A stretch of DNA of 64,000 bases from Opitutales bacterium (lineage in GTDB: Bacteria; Verrucomicrobiota; Verrucomicrobiia; Opitutales; PNEW01): assembly GCA_965197745.1 (NCBI GenBank), contig CBDANS010000005.1, forward strand, positions 416,001 through 480,000. Direction: 5' to 3'. The notes under the pieces are model-generated. The model searched no databases and had not been told where the DNA came from. It saw only the letters and a program-made list of their open reading frames with translations. The translations under genes and the position numbers were made by a program. Of this stretch, positions 31,557 through 41,297 are shown in pieces (position 1 is the stretch's first letter; each line of letters begins with the position of its first letter).

Positions 31557-33326
31557 ATGATACAGCGAATAGCGATAGTGTGCCTTTTGATCGGGGCTTC
31601 ATTTTTATCAGCTGAGGCGAAGATAACTTTCGATACACCCTATGGCTCAGGTATCGATAATATTCTTGATACAGTTAAAGATGAAGGGTGGGAAAGTGTC
31701 TCTCTGGCTTTAACCGATAGAGCATTGGAAAGTTATGAAAACGGTGAACAGGCCGCTGAAAATTGGTATTACCTTTCACGGTGGGCACGACTTTTTTCCT
31801 CCAACGAAGCGGATATCATAAATAATTGGATCGATGCGATCGATAAAGCTAAATTGGGACATACAAATATGGCCCAGCGTTACACTCTTTACCAGCGGCC
31901 CCTGGGAGAACATCTTCCCCTTTCATTAAAGAGGAATTTACTCCATGATATTGAATTTTCGCGCGAGTTTTTCGATTTACTCTCTCCCTATGAATTTCTT
32001 CCTGGAGTCCTGGATAATTTGAGTGAACTGCACAAGGAAAACCGAAAATTTTTTAATGAATATCGAAATTTAGCGATCGCCATCGCGGTTGTTTACGATG
32101 TGCCCCCGCCACCGGGTTGGCCCCATTACCAGGTGCCTCAAAATGTGCTTCCTCGCGAACTGCCCAAGGTGAACGTCTCCTTCGACTACTGGGTAAGACT
32201 CAATGAAAAAAAGCAATGTGCTTTCGATATTACAGAGATGTCAGCAGAAGCGCTCAAATTTCTCGTCGATACCACGGCCATGGAAGATTTCCGGTGGGTG
32301 CAGTCAAACATCCACAATGACCCCAAAGATTTCGCATCAGTGTATGACAGGATTGACTACCGATTCGATCGAATAGCCAATAATCAATTTAATTGGAAAA
32401 GAAAAGATTATCGACTTGAGACCATTCTTAATTATGGCGGGATTTGTGTCGATCAAGCTTACTTTGCCGCTCAAACTGGCAAAGCAAAGGGGATACCGAC
32501 GCTTGTCTTCAGGGGAGCCGGCATGGATGGACGACATGCTTGGTTTGGATTTATGCTAAAAGAAGGGGTATGGGAATTTAATGGTGGAAGGCAGGGCGAG
32601 AATCGCTACGTGACCGGCTACGCGCATGATCCACAAACCTGGGGAAACATCACCGATCATCAACTCAGGTTCCTGGGCGAAGGGTTTCGCCGAAGCCACT
32701 ACTACCGGCAATCATTAATTCACTCAAACTTTGCCTTGGATTATTTCAAAAGAAAGGATGAAGACGCTGCCATAAAGGCCAGTGAAACGGCGTTACGCTA
32801 TGAAAAACGTAACCAGTCAGCATGGGAGATACTCGTATCAGCGACGAAAATAGTCAGTGACGATGCTCGCGAAGTGGAAGCCTTACTGCGACTTGCGGCT
32901 CTCGCTTTCCGCGAATATCCTGACTTGGAATCGCAATACCTGAATCGCGTTATAAAAAGTTTGGAAAATCGAGGGGAGCTTAGTCGCGCTCAACGCGAGA
33001 AATATTTTTTGACGATCAAGCATAAAAGCAATCGCGCAGATATCAGCATACAACAGGCAGCTGAACGGCTTTTAGAGAGCATGGCCGAAGATCCTCTGTC
33101 ACTCCGCCTGCGTTATTATCGAGTAATAATTAGGCAATTGGGGAAACTGGGGAGTATGGATGTATATGATCGTATCGTCCTGCCATTTGTTCGACAATTG
33201 AGTGATGCAGGCAATCAGCGTGATGCCTACAAAATGCTCATATTTGCCCGTGACAACCTTGAGGCTGTTTCGGGAAGCATGCTGGATCAAGAGCTCAAGC
33301 GTCAGATCGATAAATATAAGCCATGA
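31557..33326 (+). CDS. Exported protein with transglutaminase-like core and helical C-terminus
   Basis: Signal peptide; GGICVDQAYFA...GIP...GRHAWFG resembles the Cys/His of transglutaminase-like domains. Confidence 0.65.
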   Translation: MIQRIAIVCLLIGASFLSAEAKITFDTPYGSGIDNILDTVKDEGWESVSLALTDRALESYENGEQAAENWYYLSRWARLFSSNEADIINNWIDAIDKAKLGHTNMAQRYTLYQRPLGEHLPLSLKRNLLHDIEFSREFFDLLSPYEFLPGVLDNLSELHKENRKFFNEYRNLAIAIAVVYDVPPPPGWPHYQVPQNVLPRELPKVNVSFDYWVRLNEKKQCAFDITEMSAEALKFLVDTTAMEDFRWVQSNIHNDPKDFASVYDRIDYRFDRIANNQFNWKRKDYRLETILNYGGICVDQAYFAAQTGKAKGIPTLVFRGAGMDGRHAWFGFMLKEGVWEFNGGRQGENRYVTGYAHDPQTWGNITDHQLRFLGEGFRRSHYYRQSLIHSNFALDYFKRKDEDAAIKASETALRYEKRNQSAWEILVSATKIVSDDAREVEALLRLAALAFREYPDLESQYLNRVIKSLENRGELSRAQREKYFLTIKHKSNRADISIQQAAERLLESMAEDPLSLRLRYYRVIIRQLGKLGSMDVYDRIVLPFVRQLSDAGNQRDAYKMLIFARDNLEAVSGSMLDQELKRQIDKYKP

Positions 33327-33427
33327 TGAGAAGGTGAAATTCAGGTTAATCTGAATTTTTTTATAATTTATCTTGTCAATTGGTAACAGGACTGTAATTA
33401 CCCCGTTTTTCTTATTTCCCAAAAGCA

Positions 33428-33844
33428 ATGGAAAAAACCCTCATAATATTTAAGCCTGATTGTATTGATAATAAAAATACTGGAAAAGTGTTACAGCGTT
33501 TTGAACATGAAGGATTTGAAATTTGTGCCTGTAAGATGGTCAAACTGTCCAATGATATTCTTAACGAGCACTATGCCCACCTTCATGAAGTTCCCAATTT
33601 TGAAGCGATTAAGGCTTTCATGGGAAAACGTCCGGTTATTATTATGGTGTTAGAGGCTGAAAATGCGGTGGACAGAATGCGAGCGCTGATTGGACCGACC
33701 GACTCACAAAAAGCTGAGAAAGGCACAATACGGGGAGATATGGGAACGGACAAAATGCGCAATGTGGTACACGCCTCCGATAGCCGGGATAATGCCACAA
33801 AAGAGATTAATAGGTTTTTTTCACGAGATGAGCTATTTAGCTAA
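33428..33844 (+). CDS. ndk: Nucleoside diphosphate kinase
   Basis: KTLIIFKPD, GTIRGD, NVVHASDS. Confidence 0.97.
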   Translation: MEKTLIIFKPDCIDNKNTGKVLQRFEHEGFEICACKMVKLSNDILNEHYAHLHEVPNFEAIKAFMGKRPVIIMVLEAENAVDRMRALIGPTDSQKAEKGTIRGDMGTDKMRNVVHASDSRDNATKEINRFFSRDELFS

Positions 33845-33972
33845 GTGGAGTAGGCGTTAATTGTTCTTATTCTATTGGGCCAGGTTCCGTCGCAGCCGCT
33901 AGTAGTAATAAATAATCCCAACAGTAGATAGAATAAGATTAAAGATAACGGTTATTTTAAGGTAATAAGATA

Positions 33973-34298
33973 ACGAAGACGAAGAGGTATACGGAAATTG
34001 ACAACTATTATTTGCCATTGGAATAAAATTGAGATTATCGCACATACTTCTTAACGGCCACGACGGAGCGTGGCCCTCCAGAATAATAAAAAATTGAGGA
34101 CAATGCATCTTGGCTGTTGTTGTAATATATAAAACAGAAGAATAAAATGGAGGGACGTGATCCATCGCGTCCGTTGAGAGGAACGAGTTCAAATGTCCCT
34201 AAATAATTACTCGATCTTCGTCTTCGTCTACGTCCGCGTTTTCGTCCCCGGGTGTTCACAGAAAGAGGCAATTCAAGGATAATTGGACGAAGACGAAG
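33973..34298. repeat. Composite REP-containing repeat unit, left of the IS110
   Basis: REP-like palindromes at 34055-34080 and 34148-34173 plus CTTCGT/GACGAA hexamer tracts; homologous to 35548-35823 and 49321-49712. Confidence 0.9.
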
Positions 34299-34306
34299 CA
34301 ATTGTG

Positions 34307-35239
34307 TCATGAAGCAAGAGCTAATTGATGTTTTTTAAGAAGGGACTGCAGATGAATAAGGAGTTTTCTCATGGCCGCAACGAGAGCACATTTGTAAGGC
34401 ATTCCCCGATCGACTAACCTCTGCACATAAGGTTTGATCACGGGGTTATGTTGAGCCGCGGTGCGAGCAGCCATATAGAGACATTTTCTGACTTTGGCAC
34501 GACCTCCTTTTATCGATCGCTTAGAATGGGTCTTGCCACTGTCACGATTATAGGGAGCCAGACCGGCAAGAGCGACCAACTGATTGCGGCCCAGATGAGT
34601 CATTTCGCTCATATAAGCCAGGAGGGTCCAAGTCGTCACTTCACCGACTCCTTTGACTGAAGCGATAAGTTCGGCTTTCGCACGCAGTGGATCATTCTCG
34701 TTGATGAGCAATCGCAGCTGTTTGTCGATGCGATCGATTTCGTTCTCAACGAAACGGATCATGCGTTGGATGGAAAGGTGGATGCTCTTGGGACTGTTCT
34801 GCAAGCGGTTCTTCTCGCGGCCAAGCTGTTCGCTCAGATGATGGCGTCGATCCAGTAAAGCAGTCATCTGTTGCTGTTCGGGTGTCGGGGGAGCTGTTGG
34901 GGACAACTGCTTTTGCTGAGCAAAGCGCAGCAATACCTTGGCATCGATCTTATCGGTCTTTGCACGGATGCCATCGCTCGTGGCGAAGGCCCGTACGCGC
35001 GCAGGATTAATCAGGCACACCACAATCTGCGCTTCATGCAAAGCGCTCAACAAGGCGCGCTCGTAGCCTCCTGTGGCTTCGCACACCACAAAGGGGGCAT
35101 CCATCTTTCCTATGGCTTTGAGCAGTTCTTTGAGTCCCGACTTGTCGTTGCTTAGAGCGTAACTTTGCTCTGCACTTTGCACTTGCAAGGTGTTTTTGGC
35201 TATATCTATGGCGATGAGGGTGTGTTTTTTTTCATTCAT
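34307..35239 (-). CDS. IS110-family DEDD recombinase
   Basis: AIDIAK, CEATGGYE, AKTDKIDA and catalytic-serine motif GLAPYNRDSG; uninterrupted 310 aa. Confidence 0.96.
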   Translation of the reverse strand: MNEKKHTLIAIDIAKNTLQVQSAEQSYALSNDKSGLKELLKAIGKMDAPFVVCEATGGYERALLSALHEAQIVVCLINPARVRAFATSDGIRAKTDKIDAKVLLRFAQQKQLSPTAPPTPEQQQMTALLDRRHHLSEQLGREKNRLQNSPKSIHLSIQRMIRFVENEIDRIDKQLRLLINENDPLRAKAELIASVKGVGEVTTWTLLAYMSEMTHLGRNQLVALAGLAPYNRDSGKTHSKRSIKGGRAKVRKCLYMAARTAAQHNPVIKPYVQRLVDRGMPYKCALVAAMRKLLIHLQSLLKKHQLALAS

Positions 35240-35425
35240 GGCTATCTCGGTCTTGTCAAGATGAGCTCGCGGGGGTATAATCCGGGCTCTTTCAATTGTT
35301 TGAGATTAGCCAGGTTAGATCGGAGGTTCCCAGGCTTCGTCTTGAACTCCGCTAACGCGGGTTCCAGAGGCAGAATGAACTCTTCCGATTTGCTCCCGGC
35401 TCCTCTTATTAGGAGTCGGGAGTTC
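35240..35425 (-). ncRNA. Bridge RNA of the IS110 element (5' end approximate)
   Basis: Two stem-enclosed internal loops carry TCTGCCTCT/AAGACGAAG (target) and ACAATTG/ACAAG (donor), which match the insertion site and the element ends. Confidence 0.85.
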
Positions 35426-35547
35426 CTGGCACTCTCAACCGTAGACACTGTTGAAAGCTTTTTCCAGTCCTTCCTCCGACGTGTTACGATGACCCATTCT
35501 CGGAAGGACTCAAAAGGTTGTCTTATCATCGCGGGGTAACCTACAAG

Positions 35548-35823
35548 AGGCAGACGCAGACGAAGAGGTATACGGGAAATGACATATATTAATTGCCACG
35601 GGAATAAAATTGAGATTTTCGATCAAAATTCTTAACGGCCACGACGGAGCGTGGCCCTCCAGAATAATAAAAAATTGAGGACAATGCATCTTGTCCGTTG
35701 TTGTAATATATAAAACAGAAGAATAAAATGGAGGGACGTGCTCCGTCACGTCCGCTGAGGAGGGTCAAGTTCAAATGTCCCCTTATAAGTACTCAATCTT
35801 CGTTTTCGTCTTCGTCTGCCTCT
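35548..35823. repeat. Composite REP-containing repeat unit, right of the IS110
   Basis: REP-like palindromes at 35636-35661 and 35729-35754; closely similar to 33973-34230. Confidence 0.9.
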
Positions 35824-35851
35824 TTGTGTGATCACCGACAAAGGTCGATGC

Positions 35852-36343
35852 TTATTTCTCTTGAGCCATGATGAGGCAGACTGCATGTGTCGCGATCCCA
35901 TCACCCCTTCCGATTTCACCGATCTTTTCGTTGGTCGTCGCCTTTATCCCGAGAGCCGATTCATCTACCCCCAAGGTATTTGAGAGTTTTGTTTTCATCT
36001 TCTTGATATAAGGAGTTATTTGGGGGTTTTCGGCAATTACCGTTATATCAGCATTAGCAAGATAGTAACCATGTGCCTTAATCTCTTCTATCGCTTTATT
36101 TAATATCTTCTGCGAATCAATATCCTTAATGCCTGAATCGGTATTGGGAAAATAATAACCGATATCAGGAAGACCCGCGGCACCCAGTATGGCATCAGCG
36201 AGAGCATGGGTTAGACAGTCTGCGTCAGAATGCCCGTCGAGGCCTTTCTCAAAAGGGATTTTTATTCCTCCAAGGATGAGTTTTCTTCCCGAAACGAGTG
36301 GGTGAATATCGTAACCGCAACCGATGCGAAAGGGTAAAGTCAT
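35852..36343 (-). CDS. ispF: 2-C-methyl-D-erythritol 2,4-cyclodiphosphate synthase
   Basis: RIGCGYDIH, GHSDAD..HA..DA, KATTNE. Confidence 0.97.
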   Translation of the reverse strand: MTLPFRIGCGYDIHPLVSGRKLILGGIKIPFEKGLDGHSDADCLTHALADAILGAAGLPDIGYYFPNTDSGIKDIDSQKILNKAIEEIKAHGYYLANADITVIAENPQITPYIKKMKTKLSNTLGVDESALGIKATTNEKIGEIGRGDGIATHAVCLIMAQEK

Positions 36344-36398
36344 AGTTGCTGATAAATGCTTATAATCTTCAAGGGATCAGAAAGATGAATAGTAGAGC

Positions 36399-37115
36399 TT
36401 AAGACTTATGTGGAAAATCAAGCAGGTTTTCGATAATGGCAATATCTTCCGGGGTCGTTAGTTTATGATTAGATTGTGTGTTTTCCAGCAGACTGACAGG
36501 GTGTCCATATTCTATGATAGCTGTTGTGTCATCAGTCGCTTCAATAGCGTTCTCATGCATATGGCGGTAGGCCGCGGTAATAAGTTCTCGTTCAAATACT
36601 TGAGGTGTTTCCATGGCCCAGAGTCTACTGCGATCGATATTATTTAATTGAAGTTTTCTAAAATCATGGGTGTCTGCATTGATTTCTTTGATCGTATCCG
36701 TTACCTGATGGGCGAGGGTAACTGCTTTATCTATTTCAACCATTTCCTGAAGGGTAATGAGGGAATGGCTGTCGATAAGGGGGCGGGCACAATCATGAAT
36801 AAATACATATTCGATATTTTCCGGAAGCTGTAAGAGGGCATTGTAAACCGAGTGCTGCCGTTCGTTGCCCCCTTGAACCCATAAAATATTCAATGCCGCG
36901 ATGGGATCATTTTCTATGGCCTGTGAGATGCCGACACGTTGAACCTGGTCACGATAAGCGATGATATAAACATCTATGGTCCCACTTCTGGCAAAAGCGG
37001 CCAGGGAATAATTGACGACCGGCTTTCCGAGGAGAGGAACCAGGATTTTATCCGTAACCTGATCACGCATGCGCGCGCTTTTACCCGCACACAATAAAAT
37101 CACCGCGTTAGCCAT
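36399..37115 (-). CDS. ispD: 2-C-methyl-D-erythritol 4-phosphate cytidylyltransferase
   Basis: LCAGKSARM, GG.ERQHSV, IHDCARP, ETPQVF, KLTTPED; adjacent to ispF. Confidence 0.95.
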   Translation of the reverse strand: MANAVILLCAGKSARMRDQVTDKILVPLLGKPVVNYSLAAFARSGTIDVYIIAYRDQVQRVGISQAIENDPIAALNILWVQGGNERQHSVYNALLQLPENIEYVFIHDCARPLIDSHSLITLQEMVEIDKAVTLAHQVTDTIKEINADTHDFRKLQLNNIDRSRLWAMETPQVFERELITAAYRHMHENAIEATDDTTAIIEYGHPVSLLENTQSNHKLTTPEDIAIIENLLDFPHKS

Positions 37116-37278
37116 AATGCATTTAAGAATGGATTAATCTTAGATAGCCAGAAAAAATCGTTTATTGTTACCTGCACCCCTCCGGGGCTTTTGGAATGCG
37201 TGCATCTAATACCCGCTTGCTGATGGAATGGTCCAAATATATTTTGCCCCTCCCAAGCCCGACTATTTAGAACAGGGT

Positions 37279-38376
37279 TTATTGTGGCGGGCTGTTATTA
37301 AAATGTTCCCATTTGGCTATTATTTCGTTGATGACTTTACTTCCAGCTCGCTGAAGAGACTGTAAGCTGGCCAGGTATCCCGGGAACAGGCTTTCACCGC
37401 TGCCATCTTCCCCACGGAGGCTTTGAGAAGGAGTCATTCTCTCGGGGGCCTGCATTGAAAAGTTGCTCGCGGAGCGTAATAAAAGAATACGCTTCCAATC
37501 AACTCTTCCTGTCCTGGCAAGTTGGACAAGTGCTCGGAGAGTGCCGGCATCCTCCATGGATGCGGTCACAAATTTACCCTTACCCTCGGTCCAGAAATCA
37601 ACCCAGCGTTCGGCCCATTCATTTTTCATTTTCCCGTGCCAGTAACGGGTTGCTGATAGATTGTCCCCTTTGAGAACAAATGGAGGGCGTTGAGCTTCGG
37701 GAAAACCACGGTAGCGGGTGCGATAGCTTTCCAACTCTGGATTATCAAGGTCTGAAAGATCCAGTTGTTGTGTCGTCGTGTAGGCCCAATCGCTGAGTTT
37801 ACGATTGAGACCATACATTTCATCATTGTGAAAAAGATCCCCGGCTTCCTTCGATCGCCGGTGATAGGGGGCAAATGTTCCCAGGGGAAAAATCCCTGTT
37901 GACCAGTCCTCGGGAATTTCCCGCGCATCAATTTCATGGGCGAGGTCTCCATCAATGCAATAATCAGCCCAGGCTACACTGGCAAGTGAACCAAAGCGTG
38001 GATTAATACCCGCAATTCCCGCAATCAGGAAGTAGCTTTGACTTAAGTCAAAGCGCGGGTCTAATCCGAATGCCATAGTCGTAGCGGCAGCTTTGGCTGC
38101 CCCAATGCCAATGGTGAGAGCAAAGAGACCGGCGTCATTCGACCATATATCGTTTTGGCCGAGAGGAAATTCATGGGTTTTGCGCAAACGCTCGGCTTTG
38201 CGGAAAAATTGAAATTCACCCGGTTTATCGGAGTCGAATTCATACATCGAAATGAGAACACATTTTACCTTAATGCCTCCACTGGGTCTTATCTCGGTAT
38301 TTGCCATAAGCAGGATTGGAAGTAGAATAAAGAAATTTAAAAAAGCAAGATCCAGCCTTTTACAGGGACCTGTCAT
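37279..38376 (-). CDS. Purine nucleoside permease (NUP)-family protein
   Basis: PGEFQF, DPRFDLSQSYFLIAGIAG, AHEIDARE.P.DW, YWHG, MEDAG, LRSASNF. Confidence 0.85.
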   Translation of the reverse strand: MTGPCKRLDLAFLNFFILLPILLMANTEIRPSGGIKVKCVLISMYEFDSDKPGEFQFFRKAERLRKTHEFPLGQNDIWSNDAGLFALTIGIGAAKAAATTMAFGLDPRFDLSQSYFLIAGIAGINPRFGSLASVAWADYCIDGDLAHEIDAREIPEDWSTGIFPLGTFAPYHRRSKEAGDLFHNDEMYGLNRKLSDWAYTTTQQLDLSDLDNPELESYRTRYRGFPEAQRPPFVLKGDNLSATRYWHGKMKNEWAERWVDFWTEGKGKFVTASMEDAGTLRALVQLARTGRVDWKRILLLRSASNFSMQAPERMTPSQSLRGEDGSGESLFPGYLASLQSLQRAGSKVINEIIAKWEHFNNSPPQ

Positions 38377-38512
38377 GTCGGCTTGCCTGATTACTGATTA
38401 TAGATAAATTAGTGAAAGCCATATTAGCCCCTGGAATCATTCGGTAATCACTCCTTCAATTGGTAATATTTGGTTGGGTAAATTTTAAATTGGGAATTAA
38501 TATATAAAGTGA

Positions 38513-39154
38513 ATGGATTATGACAAGCAACGAGCAACTTTAGTAAAAAGGTTGACCCGATTCCGGACGGGAGGGTTGCGTGATATCAGCGTTATCGATG
38601 CTTTAAAAAAAGTACCTCGACATCTGTTTATTGAACCTGACCTGCAAGCGTATGCCTATGAAGATCGTGCTATGCCCATTGCCTGTGAGCAAACCATATC
38701 ACAACCCTACATTGTTGGCTGGATGTCAGAGGCCTTAACCCTTCAACCTGATCATCGTGTTCTGGAAATTGGAACGGGAAGTGGATACCAGACCGCGATC
38801 CTCGCGGAAATCGTCAAAGAAGTTTTTACGATCGAGTACTACGATGATCTGGCTCAACAGGCACAATCAACCCTCGATGCTATGGGGTATAAAAATATTC
38901 ATTACCTGGCGGATGATGGTTATAATGGCTGGGCGGAAGCAGCCCCTTTCAACGGGATCCTTGTCGCTTGCAGGGTTGAAACAGTACCCCCGGCTTTAAT
39001 AGACCAACTTAAAGAAGGGGGTAGCATGGTTATCCCCATCGGTCCGGTGCGCAGACAAATTCTACATGGTTACATGAAGCGTAAAGGACAATTGCAAAGC
39101 TTGAATGCAATAGAAGTACGATTTGTCCCATTGTTAAGAAAGGGAAAAGATTAA
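38513..39154 (+). CDS. pcm: Protein-L-isoaspartate O-methyltransferase
   Basis: VPRHLF, QTISQPYIV, VLEIGTGSGYQTA, VRFVPL. Confidence 0.96.
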   Translation: MDYDKQRATLVKRLTRFRTGGLRDISVIDALKKVPRHLFIEPDLQAYAYEDRAMPIACEQTISQPYIVGWMSEALTLQPDHRVLEIGTGSGYQTAILAEIVKEVFTIEYYDDLAQQAQSTLDAMGYKNIHYLADDGYNGWAEAAPFNGILVACRVETVPPALIDQLKEGGSMVIPIGPVRRQILHGYMKRKGQLQSLNAIEVRFVPLLRKGKD

Positions 39155-39252
39155 TTAACAATTAACGGCTGATCGTTAAAGCGATAGATCATCAGCGAGT
39201 GTCGGGAAGAGATAATTATGGAATGATTGGACCCCGTTTTTCGTACCAATTA

Positions 39253-40249
39253 TTAAGTGAGAGAGTTCCCGGGTATTAATGGTTTTAGGATTGATGTATA
39301 TGAGAGATCTTGGCGAAGTGAGGGCGTAGCCCGAACGCGGCCAAGATCTGAAAGGAATGTGACAAACTCTTGTGGGCTTTGAAAGCCTAAACGACTGTGG
39401 GGATGATCATGGTTATAGGTCTGGCGCCATTGTTCGATTACAACTTGTGCTTCAGCCACGCTGAGCAACACTTCACGGTTCAAACACTCATCGCGTAAGC
39501 GGTTGTGAAACGACTCGATGAAACCGTTTTGCCAGGGACTGCCCGGATCGATATATATCGCCTTGATCTTTTTGTCGGACAACGACTGCTGCACTTGATG
39601 AGCAATGAATGGCTTCGCATGTCGTCGCTTCGCTCCTCGGAACACTGCCGTTGTCACTACGGATATAGCTGGGAGCTCCCTCCTTTTCAATGGCCTCGCT
39701 AAGCACAGAGAGGACATCCGATGAGGGGAGTTCACGAGCGACCCGGATATCCAGACATTCACGCGTATATGTCTTCGCTTCGCTTGAGTGTCGTCGCTTT
39801 CAGCTCCTCGGTACATCGATCAGAGTCATCATCTTTAATGGACCGCCATGGTCTGTGCGATCATGGACAAAGTCCCAGGACCAAAGGTGATTGCGACCGG
39901 TTGCTTTAGTAGGCGACCCCGTAGAGACCCCTTGACGGTGTCTACGCTTTTTAGGTGGCTTTACCTGCAACCCTTCTGAACGTCGTACTGCCTGAACAAA
40001 CTTCCTGTTTGTTGTCCAGCCTTCCTTTACGAGCAAGGCACGGATGCGCCGGTAACCGTAGCAGGGATGTTCCCAGGACAGGGTTATAATCCGCTCGGCC
40101 AACCGCTGAGCTTTCTTACTGGCCTGCTTGGGCTGGTAGCTGAAAGTTGACCAACTGAGGCTGAGGTAGGAACAAGCCCTTCGCAACGAGCACAGCCCTC
40201 TCTCAGCCGCATCTTTTACTACTCGCTTCTTCTGCTTGGGGCTCACCAC
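39253..40249 (-). pseudogene. IS3 orfB (DDE) disrupted by two short insertions
   Basis: WSWDF, IDEYTRECL, SDNGSEF and PGSPWQNGFIES can be recovered after removing the inserts at 39771-39813 and 39611-39642. Confidence 0.9.
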
Positions 40250-40509
40250 TTTTTTGACAGCGTTTCCTCCATTACCTGATTCTTAAGCATTTGATCAGCG
40301 AGCATCTTCTTCAACTCGGTGTTTTCTTTTTCCAGCTCTTTAAATCGCTTCGCATCGGCTAGTTCCAAATTGCCATACTTTTTACCCCAGCGATAGAAGG
40401 TCTGTTCACTCACGTTGTTGCCTCGGCAGATTTCCTCTACCGTTTTTCCGGTATCGGCTTGCCGCAGTATTGCGATGATCTGTTCTGTTGTGTATCTTTT
40501 TCTTTTCAT
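40243..40509 (-). CDS. IS3 orfA (HTH plus leucine zipper)
   Basis: MKRKRYTTEQII...VSEQTFYRW..KY...KELEKENTELKKMLAD. Confidence 0.92.
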   Translation of the reverse strand: MKRKRYTTEQIIAILRQADTGKTVEEICRGNNVSEQTFYRWGKKYGNLELADAKRFKELEKENTELKKMLADQMLKNQVMEETLSKKW

Positions 40510-40835
40510 GAGGTTATCTGTTTATCCCGATAACCTCTCTCTGTTAATGATACCATTTTTGGGGGTCACTCCAGGAAAGAGGAGCGACAAACGGGGACTA
40601 ATATGATGTTCCTTTATTTTTTTTTAAAAATTAAATGTCATTCAAAAAATTTAAGTATTCTGAACTGTATTATTATCAAAAACCTGTAAAAAAAATAAGG
40701 TTTAAATTTCATGCTGGTATTATATGTAAAAATAAGTATAAACTATGGTATATTTAGATATTATTTTTATTTTTAATCCTACGATTAATAGTTGAATTAA
40801 ACTTTATTAAACAGGTATAGGATAAAAAAAACCGT

Positions 40836-41297
40836 ATGATACCAAAACCGGTTAGAAAAGTAGCGTATTTAATCATCTTTATTGCGCTGGGTTACTATGC
40901 TTTCAATGTTATCAGATTGCATACCCGTCAGGAAGTAATTGCCTTTAAAAATTATTCAGGCGCGCTCATTGACGGTAATGTTAATGTTGGCCGCAAGTTA
41001 GTAGCAACCAGGGAGGCATTGGACCCCTTTAAAAAACGTAAGAAGCGCAACGAAGCATTACGAGGAGAAGTACGATTTACCTGGTATAAAATTAGAAGCA
41101 TCCGACGCGGGAAAAATGGTAAAACAGCCAATCTGGAAATTCGTCAAATCATTCGTATTGATCCCCCGGGCAGTGACACCCTTTTCGGAACAGATAAGAT
41201 AATGAATAATCAAAGAGTTGCTATGATTCAAAAAGAATCCAATTGGAAAATAGAAAAGTATAGTGACTCTTATTATACTCCAGGGATGAAAGAATAG
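40836..41297 (+). CDS. Membrane-anchored hypothetical protein (possible NTF2-like fold)
   Basis: N-terminal TM helix; C-terminal MIQKESNWKI pattern. Confidence 0.7.
   Translation: MIPKPVRKVAYLIIFIALGYYAFNVIRLHTRQEVIAFKNYSGALIDGNVNVGRKLVATREALDPFKKRKKRNEALRGEVRFTWYKIRSIRRGKNGKTANLEIRQIIRIDPPGSDTLFGTDKIMNNQRVAMIQKESNWKIEKYSDSYYTPGMKE

Larger units (their letters stand above)
34299..35547 (-). mobile_element. IS110-family (IS621-like architecture) element, 1249 bp, apparently intact
   Basis: Comparison with the empty homologous site at 49588-49618 sets the ends. The AG (CT on the minus strand) core is present at 34297-34298 and 35546-35547. The 5' non-coding end is long and the 3' end is 8 nt. 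Confidence 0.92.
39224..40573 (-). mobile_element. IS3-family insertion sequence, inactivated
   Basis: Imperfect IRs TGGAGTGACCCCCAAAAATGGTATCA and TGATTGGACCCCGTTTTTCGTACCA; 4-bp direct repeat GGAA at 39220-39223 and 40574-40577; A6G frameshift motif at 40249-40255. Confidence 0.93.

Noticed and set aside
35165..35539. ORFs 35242-35529 (-) and 35165-35539 (+)
   Set aside because: They overlap the bridge RNA region and have no protein-like motifs
35515..35547. Junction promoter formed on IS110 circularisation (TTGCTT-N17-GATAAG)
   Set aside because: Plausible by analogy with other IS110 elements, but the -10 match is too weak to call from sequence alone
33973..35823. CRISPR-like reading of the 26-bp palindromic repeats (also 49321-49712)
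   Set aside because: The repeats alternate in orientation and the sequences between them are conserved between loci, which fits REP-type elements
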